From the NCBI RefSeq assembly GCF_006345805.1, contig NC_043008.1, positions 68,882,001 to 68,946,000 on the forward strand: a stretch of 64,000 nt of DNA, written 5' to 3'. This DNA is from Octopus sinensis. Taxonomy: Eukaryota. The translations under genes were made by a program, and so were the position numbers. How positions within the stretch are numbered: the first letter of the stretch is position 1; each line of letters begins with the position of its first letter. Under the pieces are notes generated by a model. The model saw only the letters and a program-made list of their open reading frames with translations, was not told the origin of the DNA and searched no databases. Below are positions 50,796 to 64,000 of this stretch, piece by piece.

Positions 50796-51671
50796 CCTTA
50801 TCACTGCCCTGATAAAGTCAACAAACATCTAATAAAGGCACAAGACCGGATATTAGGGGACATGATAACAAGTATTTTACTGGTACTGCGTATATGAGTG
50901 ATATTTATTTTCTTGAGAATTGGAAAGAAAAAAGGTCAAGTCGATAGTGTGTGTGTGTGTGTGCATAAGTTAGTGCTTGTGACTCTAAATTTATACCATA
51001 GCTGTGTATATTCCTGTTGTATTGATACCAGTGGTAACTATGGGGGTTAGAGTGTAGATACCAGTAGTAGTTAGTGGGTCTGAGATAGATGTACGTTTTA
51101 TGTGTAGTTACCGTTGGTAATTCTGATAATTGCAAGGAACCGCGATAGCGGAGTGCATATATATATGACTACATACACGCAAACACTCACTCACATACAC
51201 ACACGTACGTTGACACGCAAACATACATAGACACGTGCATATTGATACACACATGCAGGCGCATACTTATACAGACACATACATCATATATAGACATATG
51301 TACATAGTCACACAGATACAGACACACACACAGAGATACGAACACATATAGATATACACATAGACACACACACTTACACGCACATACTCGACTCCATACA
51401 TATTCATCATTACATAAATTGAGCATACTACTGTTTGCACTTGTAAAGTGCCGCATATGCATACACACCCACTCATATATGTATGTGTTTCTGTGTAAAC
51501 ATGTATGTATACATACGTACTTCCTACGTACACACTTATCTTTACATACCCATTAATTCGCTCGTATATATGTATGTATGTATATATGTATGTATAAATA
51601 CACGCACACATATATATATGTATACATATATATACACACACATATATATACATACATACAGACATACACAT

Positions 51672-51724
<53 letters not shown>

Positions 51725-52539
51725 CATATACATACATACACACACATGAGGAGGTAGTTTGATTTCTGCAAGCAAGCAGAGGAAATGAGATATGTAAGGC
51801 CGTCATGGTTTTGTTGGGTGAGATGATGGCCGACGTTTGTGGAAGAAAGAGAATAAACATACGATAGAAACAAGTGGAATGAAACAATCACTTGTAGTAT
51901 GGAACACAGGAATTTCGCTTTCGGGTTTTGATTTTTGCGTTTATTGCAAGCCCAAAATATAATCTAGTGAGCGGTTTCATTGAAACAACAGCGCAAGGTT
52001 AAAGGAAGGGCAATAGATCAGCCGGATCCACAATACACCCGTCTATAATATGTTACAATTTTTGTTACCTACTTTTATATTGTAATTATCTACCTTTGCA
52101 TCACTTTCAAGTTCAGATCCCTGCAAGATCCACTTTGATGATCATACTTCTGGGTTTGCTAAATTTAAGTCTCAGTAAAATATTGAGGTTTATTTAGTCA
52201 GAACTGCCTGTCCACCATCGATCTGTAAGAATTTGTGTTTCGCCATCGTCGTCTGACGAATATGATTCAGCTGTTCAATCAGCTGAACTGGCTGCTATTG
52301 AATTTCCTTATAAGTGGCTGAGTATTTCACAGGCGCGTTTACCCTTAATGTAATTCTAAAGCCGAACGAACGTGCCAGTGTGTCAGATGGTTGTACCATC
52401 TTGAATTATGGGTACAATACACTCGAGAGGCTTTCTGCCCAATTTCCATCTCATCATTATCCCTCACAGAGCTATAGAAACTGACACAAGCAGTAGGATG
52501 ATCCCGTGACATCGTGGCTGCAAAGAAAACTTCTTAAGC

Positions 52540-52918
52540 ATACAGCAGTCAATATTTCAACAAATTTCGTCTGTCTTTACGTTCTGAGTTCAAATTCCGC
52601 CGAGGTCGACTTTACCTTTCATCCTTTCGGGGTCGATAATTTTAAGTACCAGTTGCGTACTGGGGTGGATCTAATCAATTTACCCCACCTCCTCCAAAAT
52701 TTCGGGCCTTCTGCCCAGAGCACAAAAGAATATTTCAAGAAATTTTATCTGTCTTTACGTTCTGAGTTCAAATCCCGCCGAGGTCGACTTTGCCTTTTAT
52801 CCTTTCAGAGTCGATAAATTAAGTAGCAGTTGCGTACTGGGAGCAATCTAATCAACTGCACCCCCCCTATAAAATTTCTGGCCTTATGCCTAGAGTAGAA
52901 AAGAATATTCAACAAATT
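52540..52918 (+). mobile_element. Two head-to-tail SINE family A copies
   Basis: TCTGTCTTTACGTTCTGAGTTCAAAT.CCGCCGAGGTCGACTTT occurs at 52570 and again at 52748. Confidence 0.88.
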
Positions 52919-53485
52919 ATTGCTATATTAACAATGTTTTATTTCAATGCTATATTGCAATACAGAATATACTTATAGATTTGTAACCAGACTAATTTAA
53001 ACATATTGTCTTTATACACAATATCTTCATATACAGGTTGTCAACACATCAGTATTTATTCATCAAACTGCTATTAATACGTTGTATTATTCAGATTTAT
53101 GCGTCTTATTTACTTAATCCCTTTGTAATAGTGAATTTGTAAAAACAAACAGCCCCCATGGACAGTTAAAGCGAGTACTAAGTAGCTGATTACTGAAACT
53201 AGTTCGATACAGCCATCCTTTTGTATCAACGAAAGCAGGGGTCTCCTGCCTCTAGATTGCTGATCAATAGCAGACTATGGCTAATTTGATTCTAGGTTGC
53301 ACGGCAGGGATAGGTTTTTAAATTTTATTATTATTTTAGTGACAATCGCTCTCTGCAGGGTGTTTTTGCATTTATATATTCGGCTCCTGTGTATTGAGTC
53401 CTTTTAACATAGGTATGCATATTTTCAGCTCAATAATATGCTCACATTATATGCACACATTATATATATATATATACATACGCAT

Positions 53486-53522
<37 letters not shown>

Positions 53523-53531
53523 TATAGACGC

Positions 53532-53594
<63 letters not shown>

Positions 53595-53632
53595 CACATC
53601 ATATATATATATACATACATATATAAATATAG

Positions 53633-53674
<42 letters not shown>

Positions 53675-53788
53675 TATATATATATAAATTATATAGATAT
53701 ATACATTATATATATATATTTACACGCACACACACATATATATAAATTAACACAATAAATATCTTATTAATACTATCTGTTATCATGA

Positions 53789-53905
53789 TTGTGCGGTGGT
53801 GGTGGGCGATAGTAATTCATCATTCTAAAAGGCTTGTGGTGGGAGGATTGTGCGGTGGTGGTGGGCGATAATAATTCACCGTTGTAAAAGACCTGTGGCG
53901 GGAAT
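53789..53905. repeat. Local 59-bp tandem duplication (2 copies)
   Basis: GATTGTGCGGTGGTGGTGGGCGATA.TAATTCA.C.TT.TAAAAG.C.TGTGG.GGGA occurs twice. Confidence 0.85.
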
Positions 53906-53982
53906 ATTTAAACTTTTACGGCTGTCAACGCTTTCTCTCTAAAGATAGAGGCACACTTACAGAGAGAGAGAGAGAGAGAGGG

Positions 53983-54027
<45 letters not shown>

Positions 54028-54228
54028 GGTGTGGTGGTGGAAAAAAGAGTGACAGTGGGACGGTGAAGGCGTAGAGGAAAAGATAGTGGAAGCTGTCAAA
54101 CGTCGTTATAGAGAGAAATGGGAGGGAAGGGAGGAAAGAGAGAGATCGAGGAAGACAGGGCGATAATTGAAAGGGAGAAACGATAAACACTTGTCAAAGT
54201 CTGGGTTTGTTGCCTTAGTAACTATAGC

Positions 54229-54376
54229 CTAGTCCAGTCGCTTCATCGCCTCATTTTATAGGTCCCTGTAAATTTTCGCCGCAATCCGAGCACGCCTACT
54301 GCCATTGAACCCTGAATAACCACGAAACGAGACACGCAAACATACAACTTTCGGCCATTTCACTTTTATATATAGA
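54229..54376 (-). mobile_element. Possible tiny non-autonomous Helitron
   Basis: The minus strand starts TCTATATATAAAAG and ends GCGATGAAGCGACTGGACTAG. The flanks are not the canonical A|T. Confidence 0.35.
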
Positions 54377-55254
54377 AATATATGTAATAATTAAATTATG
54401 CACTTTATTCTCTTTGTTATGCACGTGATCCTCCGGTCTGTGTGAAAACTGTCGTGTATGAAACCAGTCCCTGGTTAAAAAAATAAAAATGTCTGGGACC
54501 GCTGCGTGAAGATTTATATGAAGACAAGATGTTTATATCTGTCTATGCTTGTAGTGCTGGCTAAAGATCTGAAGACATAGTCTTTAGTACAATATAGTAT
54601 ATTCAACAAATTAAAGAAAAGATAGAAACAAAATAAATATAACATATAGTACATTTTATCCTTTCGGGAGTCGATGAAATAAATTACCAGTAAGATGATG
54701 GGGTCTGTATAATTAATAGTGACTTCACTGAAATTGATGATATTGTATCTACATTACAATAAAATATCTAAACAAAGGCATAAACAAATAAATCAAATTC
54801 GTGGCAAAAACAAAACAAACAAAAATGAAAGCGCAACGATTGAAATAAATCCACGAAACATGTGGTACGAGAATAACCATCATTTCGTGAATCGACAAAT
54901 GAATACTGAGAAAATATTAAGAATCATATTTACAGTAGAAACACCCCGAGAAAGTTCGTAGTAAAGGTCCTATAAGTTGATATTCCAATATTTCAAAGAA
55001 TTATTTCAAATATACATAATATTGAATATGATATTAGTTAAAATGTTCTGCCGTATGTGTCTGGTTTGGAATTAAGACTATAGCAACATTTTTAGCAGAG
55101 ATTTGTAACGCGTGTGTATATATGTGGAGTCAGTATATTTTTGTGTGTGCATATATATAAATATATATATATACATATGTAAGCATATAAGCGTAAACAC
55201 AGGCGCACACATATTTATACGTATACGTATATGTGCTTTCTGAACATACACGTT

Positions 55255-55285
<31 letters not shown>

Positions 55286-55300
55286 ATGTATGTATGTATG

Positions 55301-55344
<44 letters not shown>

Positions 55345-55843
55345 AACATATTTTTGCAGAAGGACAGAGAGAAAGAGATAATGGGAGATGAATTCACATT
55401 GATATGGGAGCCTATCTGAGTTATACGTATGCACACAAACGTACATGCATATATGTACATACATACATACATACATACACACATACATACACATAAACAT
55501 ACATACCATATAAATATACATACATATAAACATATATAAATATACATATATCTATGCGTAAATATATGTGTAGATATGTGCTTACAGATATAGCGTGTCA
55601 TATAGATAGACATATACAATTCTGTGTGTGTGTGTTTGTGTGTATGTGTGTGTGTGTGTTTGTGTATATGCGCGCGTGTGTGTGCATGTGTGTTTGTGTG
55701 TGTTTAAGATGTTGTATGTGTCAATAATAGCTCAGACGTTCCGGTCATTAGTCTTGATGGACATGTCCAATAATTAGGGTTTATTTACAACGAGATAAGA
55801 CTTTCTTGTGTATTCTTATCAGACAGAAACACTAAGATCTGGC

Positions 55844-55874
<31 letters not shown>

Positions 55875-56306
55875 TATATATATTGTTGAGAGCGCTTTTG
55901 AGTGTATGATTACATAAATGATAATGTGATATACTAAAGTAAAAATGAACTCAATACTTTTATATGAACAAATATTTAGTGTAGTGTTCGAGTGTACAGC
56001 ATTTGTTTACTGATACAGTTTCGTGTCATCTTCTTTTGGGACAATTCTGTAGACAATACTGTTTGATATAAGAGATGCTGAATTTCTAAATTTGGCATAT
56101 TTTATCATTGCTAAAACACGCAAAGCACCCGTTTTTGAAGGTAACTAGCGTCAGAAGAATTGTGTAAGGGCAGAACCAATAAATTTTGGCTAATAAAGGC
56201 TGTAACCTGAGACTATAACATTGCATATTAAACGTACATACGCATATACACATTTATTCAAAATATAACAGTATATGTACTTATGTGTATATATATATAT
56301 ATATAA

Positions 56307-56372
<66 letters not shown>

Positions 56373-56419
56373 ATACACATTCAGGTATATTTCCAATGGC
56401 CGGTTAATAGGGATACACA

Positions 56420-56575
56420 ATCCTAGTGGGTACCGTGTTCTCTTGTACCGGTAACAATGCAAGATGCAAAATTTGCAGTTCGCACCGACTTGCAGCGGAA
56501 ACACGTGTAGGTGCGACATGGAAAATTGTGATTAACTGTATAATAAAACCTGTCCTCCTAATTTATATATATATA
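56420..56575 (+). mobile_element. Possible PLE Cys-rich linker fragment
   Basis: VFSCTGNNARCKICSSH..VGATWKIVINCIIKPVLLIY resembles the C-x5-RCKxC...INC..NxIY linker that precedes the PLE GIY-YIG domain. Confidence 0.4.
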
Positions 56576-56586
56576 TATATATATAT

Positions 56587-56864
<278 letters not shown>

Positions 56865-57355
56865 TGTATTATATATATATATATATATAATATATATATA
56901 TATACATTCGTGTGTGTGTGTGTATGTGTGTGGGTGTGTGAGTGTTTGTACGTATGTATATATCTGTTCCTGTCTGCTTAAATATAAATATATAAATACA
57001 TATAGATACACAACTGCATATATAAATATGTAGGTAAAAACAGACACGCACAGCACATACACACACACACACACACACACCACACTAGTCATCAGTAATT
57101 ACGAAACATGGAAATAAAAGTGGAATTACAATGTTAAGAAATATAAGACTGAAACTATATAACCAGCAGAAACACTGGCCTCTGCGTAGTTTTCTATTAG
57201 TCAGCGTATGATATTTAAACATTTAATTCCGAAATTGTGTAATATTTCTGATATGTTACATCTAATTTCTCTTTGTAAGCTTTATTGGTCTACTAGCAAT
57301 CTGTAGTTCAATTAATACAAGTAGAATAATAACAAGCATTCAAAGACAATTCTTT

Positions 57356-57558
57356 TATCCTTTTATTCTTTCATCTGTTTCAGTCTGCGGCCATGCTGGA
57401 GCACCGCATTAAATGAATTGATCACAGGATTATTTTTAAAGCCTGGTACTTACTTTATCGGTTGGTTGCTGAACCCCTAAGTTGCGGTGACATAAACACG
57501 CCAACACCTGGTTATCAAGCGGTGATGGGGAAAAACACAGATAGAAACACACACACAC

Positions 57559-57633
<75 letters not shown>

Positions 57634-57870
57634 GCAGGTGGTGCTATTAAGTTAGACATAGCCTGGACCAATCTTTGGTCGAAACATATCTAAGTTTCAT
57701 ATATACATATATACAACAGGATTCTTTCAGTTTCCATCTACGAAATCCACACCAAGACTTTTGGCCAGCCCGAAGCTGTATTAGAAGACACTTTCCCAAG
57801 TTGCTACGCAGTGGGACTGAATCCAGAAGCATGTGGTTGTGAAACAAACTTCTTATCACACACCCACACC
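57356..57870 (-). mobile_element. SINE family B with internal (CA)n
   Basis: GCGGCCATGCTGGAGCACCGC ... CTTTCAGTTTCCATCTACGAAATCCAC ... CAGTGGGACTGAATCC. Confidence 0.8.
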
Positions 57871-57884
57871 AGAACTTTTGAAGA

Positions 57885-58470
57885 AATCAGGTATTATGTT
57901 GACTTCGCCTCTTCAAAGTCCTCAGTCTTTCGCATTTTTACAAAGTCTGATCAAAATGTATCGAGACTGGTGTCATAAAAAGAAAACTTCAGCGCATACC
58001 AATTTGGCATTTAATCTCCTTCGACGAAGCCTCCTTCTCAAGCCACACACTCTATGTAGCATAGTTTTCATTGATGGAAGCAACCTGGAACTCCTTTTCT
58101 TTGAGATAGCCAGCAGCTATTTCGTCGCATTCTCTTGGATCTCCTCGAAGTCCTGAATTCTTTTTGGGGTCTTCTACTGCAGAGACTGAACTCTGGTTTT
58201 GGAGACATAACCATAGTCCAACGATTCGTCACGTGTTATGGCCATTTTCAAAATGTTTTCGCCTTCCGCGTCAAGGTCAAGGATAACCTGTACAGTAGAA
58301 TCTCGATCTTCTTTTAGAGGCGACTCCACTCTACACACGCATAAATCTAAAGCACTACTATAGACAACAGAACTGAGCGACATCGTTATAACTTCGTGTG
58401 CATGCGTGACAAAGTTCAAGGCCAATCTGCGCCAAGCGGCTTCAATCTGCGTACTGTAGTTCCGTTACCA
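57885..58470 (-). mobile_element. Internally deleted mariner related to the 4138-5017 family
   Basis: The minus-strand 5' end GTAACGGAACTACAGTACGCAGATTGAAGCCGC matches the 4138 family. Coding relic ENILKMAITRDESLDYGY..KTRVQSLQ* (GDESW..Y motif). Confidence 0.75.
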
Positions 58471-58676
58471 TAGCAACTGTTCCGATACGTTTAGATCAAA
58501 CCTCGTATATATCCAAAGATTTCGTAACTTTGCATGACAGTGATTTAGAAGCACACACGTGTGTGTGTTGGTGTGTGTTTGTGTGTGTGTGTGTATGTGT
58601 GTGTGTATGTGTGTGTATGTGTGTGTGTATGTGTGTGTGTGTGTGTGTGTGTATTTATTTACACACACACATATAT

Positions 58677-59022
58677 TGGGCAAGTGTCTTCTACTATACC
58701 TTCGAACCGAGCAAAGCCTTGTGAGTGAATTTAGTAGACGGAATCTGAAAGAAGCCCGTCGTATATGTATATATATTTACGTGTATGCCATTGTGTCTGT
58801 GTTTGCCCATCATCATCGCTTGACCATTGCTCGACAACCAATGTTGGTGTGTTTATGTCCCCGTGACATAGCGGCTCTGTAAACGACACTGACGGAATAC
58901 GTACTAGGCTTACTAAGAATAACTCCTAGGGTCCATTTATTCGACTACAACCCTTTAAGGCAGTGCTCCAGCATGGCCGCTGTCAAATGATTGAAACGTG
59001 CAAAAGAATAATAGAATAAAAG
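58677..59022 (+). mobile_element. SINE family B, 5'-truncated
   Basis: TGGGCAAGTGTCTTCTACTATA..AAGCCTTGTGAGTG..GGCAGTGCTCCAGCATGGCCGCTGTCAAATGATTGAAAC. Confidence 0.85.
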
Positions 59023-59023
59023 G

Positions 59024-59058
<35 letters not shown>

Positions 59059-60384
59059 ATATATATAGTGTAATAAATAAAATATATGCATACATACATA
59101 CATATATGTACGTACCTACATCTACATGTATATATACATGCATATACAAATATATATACGTGAGTACAGGACACCACAACTAGACGTAGATATATATATA
59201 TATATAAAGTGTGTGAGTGTGTGTTTATACATTTTAGTATCAATAACTTATATAAACAGATGTACATAGATGGGAAATACCAGTTCCTTAAATGAAGTAC
59301 AATAACACGAACGGTGATCTCTAAAGTATTAACTATCGGAAATACATAGCAGATTCCTATTGTGTAATAGAGAAAGAAGGTGATGAAGAGAGAGAGAGAG
59401 AATCAAGGTCGGAGGGACGGACATGCAAAGACCGAGAGAGAGAATGAGAGAGAGATAGAGAGAGAGAAAGAGAGAGAGAGAAAGAGAGAGCGAAAGAAAG
59501 AGAGAGAGAGAGTGAGAGACAGAAAGACAAACAGATAGAGAAAGACAAAGAGGGAATGCTATCTCAAGGTGAATTAAAATCAGTTTTCTGCAGTGACAAT
59601 TTTATATAAATTAACTAAAAACCACATTCTGATAAAAATATATAAAATTAGAATTTTCAAGAGATTTCTAGACTGTGTAGATTTAAATAACTACTTTCCT
59701 AACTAAATAAATAAGCTATTTTAATATACTATAGGTGTAAATAAAACTGGAATTATACCAAAATAATATGAAATATAAGACTGAAATATCATTATTATAT
59801 TTATATAAATAAAAGTGTAATTAAAATATGAAGAAATATAAGACCTAATTATGTTTATTAATTTGTCTTTCTTGTCTGTCTGCCTGTCTGTCTGTCTGAG
59901 TCTATATGACTGTCTGTGTGTCTATGTGTCTGTCCGAGTGTCTATATATCTTCTCTCTGTCATTGTTTGTATGTCTCCCGGTCTATCTATTGGCCTGTCT
60001 GTGTATGTGTCTACCTGTCTCAAACAACTCTGTCTTACTCTCAGTTCATCTATCTTTCTGTCTACACACACACACACACACACACACATACACACACGCA
60101 CGCACATACGCACATGCACAAATATATAAATGTATGCATATATATACATATGTGTGTGTGTGTTATACATATATACACACATACATATATAATACACACA
60201 CACACATATACACGAGAAAGTTTGTCCTTCTGTCTGTGGGCATGTTTCGCTCTTCTATAAGCATGTCTGTTTGTCTGACGGCTTGTCTGTCTGCCTGTGT
60301 GTCTGACTGTCTCTGACCCCACCTCACTCTCATTCGTTTGCAGAATATTATTAAAATTATTGATATCTGTTCTGTAAGGGAGAA

Positions 60385-60386
60385 TT

Positions 60387-60436
<50 letters not shown>

Positions 60437-60507
60437 TAATAATAATAATAATAATGATGATGATGATGATGATGATGATGACAATAATAATGATAATAAT
60501 CATAATA

Positions 60508-60560
<53 letters not shown>

Positions 60561-60582
60561 AATTTCTAATAATAATAATTAC
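60385..60582. repeat. Compound (TAA)n/(GAT)n microsatellite
   Basis: Alternating blocks of TAA and GAT. Similar (ATT)n tracts lie at 26965-27080 and 40670-40770. Confidence 0.95.
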
Positions 60583-60876
60583 CTTACGGGTTTCGCAATA
60601 AATATTTGGATCTAAGTCTGTGTGTTTGTATGTGTGTGTGTGTGTTTTGTATGAAGATGCAATAAGCTGAAAATATATATATAGATTTGTAACACACATG
60701 TCCACACACAGGATAAATATGTATGTGTGTATGAGTGTGTATACTATAACTACATATATATTTGTATATTGATCTATATGTATATGCATATATATTATAT
60801 ATAAATACGTATATGATATATGTACATATATATGTACGATAATATATATATATAGTATATATATATAATAGATATA

Positions 60877-60920
<44 letters not shown>

Positions 60921-61866
60921 GTATACATGTATATATGTATGTATATGTATATACACATATGCACCCACATACATATATGAATTTATATGGTATTTGATTC
61001 GCGTTTACAGATCAGTATGTGCTGACTGATCTCGTCTAACCGCGAGGCTCTTATTCACGTCTATCTAATCTACCCCTCTGCATCTCCCTCTCAATCCCAC
61101 CCTATACCGTTTCTCTTCTCTTGAAATCCCATCATTTGTGAAACTCTAGAAGGAAGAACAAGATTGGTGGTGGTGGTGGTGGTGGTGGTTGTGGTGGTAG
61201 TGGTGGTGGCGGCGCTGCTGCTGCTGCTAATGCTTGTAGTGATTGTAGCGGTAAATAATTTCCTCGTGCGCCTTCTCCCCTCTTCCTGACCCTTCCTTTT
61301 GTTCCTTGAACATGTGGATTTATCAGTGAACTGGAACAAAATTTTGTTATTATCTAACGATTAATATATTTTTAAGTGAACAAAGTAGGTCCGCACTAAA
61401 ATTGAAATCGAATGCCAGGATGTAAACTAAGTCATTTATAAGTGTATACATTATTATTCGTAGTTTCTCCACTTTCTACTTATTCGTTTTCCGTTTCGGT
61501 TCTCTTTTGTATTTTTTTTTGCTTCTTGTGTAAGTATCTTGTTTTTCTTTTGTTTAACAATAATAATTTGTTTTTCTCAGTCTCTTGCAAGAATATCGTA
61601 TCATTTCGTGATGGTTTTGTTATTGTTGTTGAGGTTTTTGTTTATTTGGGGGGTAGGGTGGGATGCTGTGAGATGAGATGAGGAGGAAGGGGTATGAGGA
61701 TTTACATTGTTCTTTTATTTGTTTACAATATCATTGTGGGCAGTAACTAGGATAGCTGCTGTTGATATATGTATGCATGTAAGTATATACATATGTACAT
61801 ATATATTCATTCTTATATAGAGATACATATAGATATATACATAAATATTTATAAATATAAATATAA

Positions 61867-61955
<89 letters not shown>

Positions 61956-61956
61956 C

Positions 61957-61987
<31 letters not shown>

Positions 61988-61988
61988 G

Positions 61989-62019
<31 letters not shown>

Positions 62020-62131
62020 GTCCATTTTTATTTGTTTCTTTATGTGCATATTTATCTATGAATCTATGGTTATATCATATATTAATACATACACAGACAC
62101 GTATCATGTATGTATATATAAATACACACAC

Positions 62132-62227
<96 letters not shown>

Positions 62228-63024
62228 ATGTAATATATATATAATATATATAGTATGTATGTATGTATGTATACACCCACATATTTATGCACACATATAC
62301 ACATAGATATAAAATATTGATATTTTTGTATCAGCTTCTGACACCAAGCGTGTAAATCATATTGAAAACTTTTTTGTTTCCCCAGAAAAAGAAAAGAATA
62401 TAAAAATGAAATGCATCGTCATGGTCGTCGTCGTCGTCATCAATAACATCAGAAACAATAACAACAATAACAATGACAACAACCATTGCAACAAGAGAAA
62501 ATGAAAAACAAATACAAAACTCCCTGCGGATCTTCAGCCTAATTAGAGTTCGTCAATAATAAAGAATAAACCAATACATATGCACACACACACACGCATG
62601 CGCGCACACATGTACATACATGCACATATAGACATACATCCGTCCATCCACACACACAGAAACACGCATAAATAAATAAATATTTATAGATATATACATA
62701 CATGTGCACACATACATATATATGATATATATATATGTGTGTATGTGTACATGCATTTATGCATGTAACATATATACTGACAAAGACGCACGTAGATATT
62801 TTATGCACAGGAATACGTAGAGGAGCATGCATTTATGTATGCATATATGCATACGTTTGAAATTTACATATAGACGAATAAATACTCAACATATAGTTGT
62901 ATGGTGTGATTATTTTTCATCCATTGCTGACATTACATCTCTGCTATTACTCCGAGTTTCGCTTCTGTCTTCATTGACACACACAGACAAGCACATTATA
63001 CACAATTTTGTATAAATGCATATT

Positions 63025-63108
<84 letters not shown>

Positions 63109-64000
63109 GTTTACGTATGCATATATGAATGTATAAATGCATCTATATCGATTCATAATATGTGTTTATGTGAAAATATAGTGTACAGACATGATGCATG
63201 TGTGTACAGCAATTGAAACAAGAAAGAAATTGTACTGAATGTAATAGGAGTGTACACACACACACGCGCGTACACACACACGCGCGTACACACACACGCG
63301 CGTACACACACACGCGCGCACACACACATATGTATGTCTATTCAAATATAATGCATATGTATGTATCTGTCTGTCTATCTGCCTATCTATCTATATGTAT
63401 ATATGCGTGTGTAATGATATGTGTCGTATATAATGGCGACATATATATATATATGTCTCTAAATACATATTTATGTAAATTTTTAGAAATGTGTATACAT
63501 ACATACATACCTACATAAATAATATATACATGAAAGAACTTGTACACATATATACACACTCATATAATGTATGTATGTATGTATGTATGTATGTATGTAT
63601 GTATGTATGTATGTATATGTATGTATCAATGTATAATAGATGATTTTTGCTGGTGAAATGCTTCTTTCGCTGCTAAAGTTTTGTCTAGCTTCAGGTGAAT
63701 CTATCATCTTGAAATTCTAATCTATTTGTCATGTCCAACGGTACTATTTAATATCTGGTCAATATGGAGACTGCAACATTTACACTTCGATAAACATATG
63801 TGCTGTTACAGGTGGCAAAAATTCCTTCCCGCTTTCACCTCCAAATTTACTAAATATGGAAAGCTCGTCCATTTTCTCGCAGTAGATTAAAGTTTCAACC
63901 TCCTCCATCATTTTCTCTCTCTCTTTCTCTCTCTCTCGCTAGTTCACTCTTCATTTTCTTCCTATGTATTAATTCATATACTCCCCTGAGATATATTTTC

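Overview
AT-rich animal genomic DNA, most likely an octopus (coleoid cephalopod). This is inferred from the extreme (TA)n/(CA)n/(CATA)n/(TCTA)n/(TAA)n/(GAT)n microsatellite load and from several abundant tRNA-derived SINE families that resemble those known from Octopus. I find no supportable host protein-coding exon, rRNA, intact tRNA or CRISPR array, and almost all ORFs in the supplied track are microsatellite artefacts. The window is intergenic or deep intronic and is built from transposons. (1) Penelope-like elements (PLEs): a young GC-rich Neptune-type PLE with RT + GIY-YIG at 30218-33330, a decayed PLE with an inverted pseudo-LTR at 27190-28431, a Naiad-type (YRDD-class) RT relic at about 25560-25980, and smaller fragments. 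(2) RLE-type (R4/Dong-like) LINE 3' ends sitting in (TAA)n and (CATA)n. (3) Tc1/mariner: a Tc1-like element with DD36E spacing, a DD34D mariner, a 5'-5' fold-back mariner, and MITEs. (4) About 20 SINE copies. The most notable signals are three separate hammerhead-ribozyme folds (8597-8652 +, 21677-21740 -, 33196-33233 +, the last with a non-canonical CUGUUGA core), microsatellite-targeted insertion by several element classes, a near-identical 1159-bp tandem duplication carrying pre-miRNA-like hairpins, and a palindromic Forkhead-site minisatellite. The sequence appears to retain long-read indel errors, so frameshift-based pseudogene calls are provisional. Coordinates of degenerate repeats are approximate.
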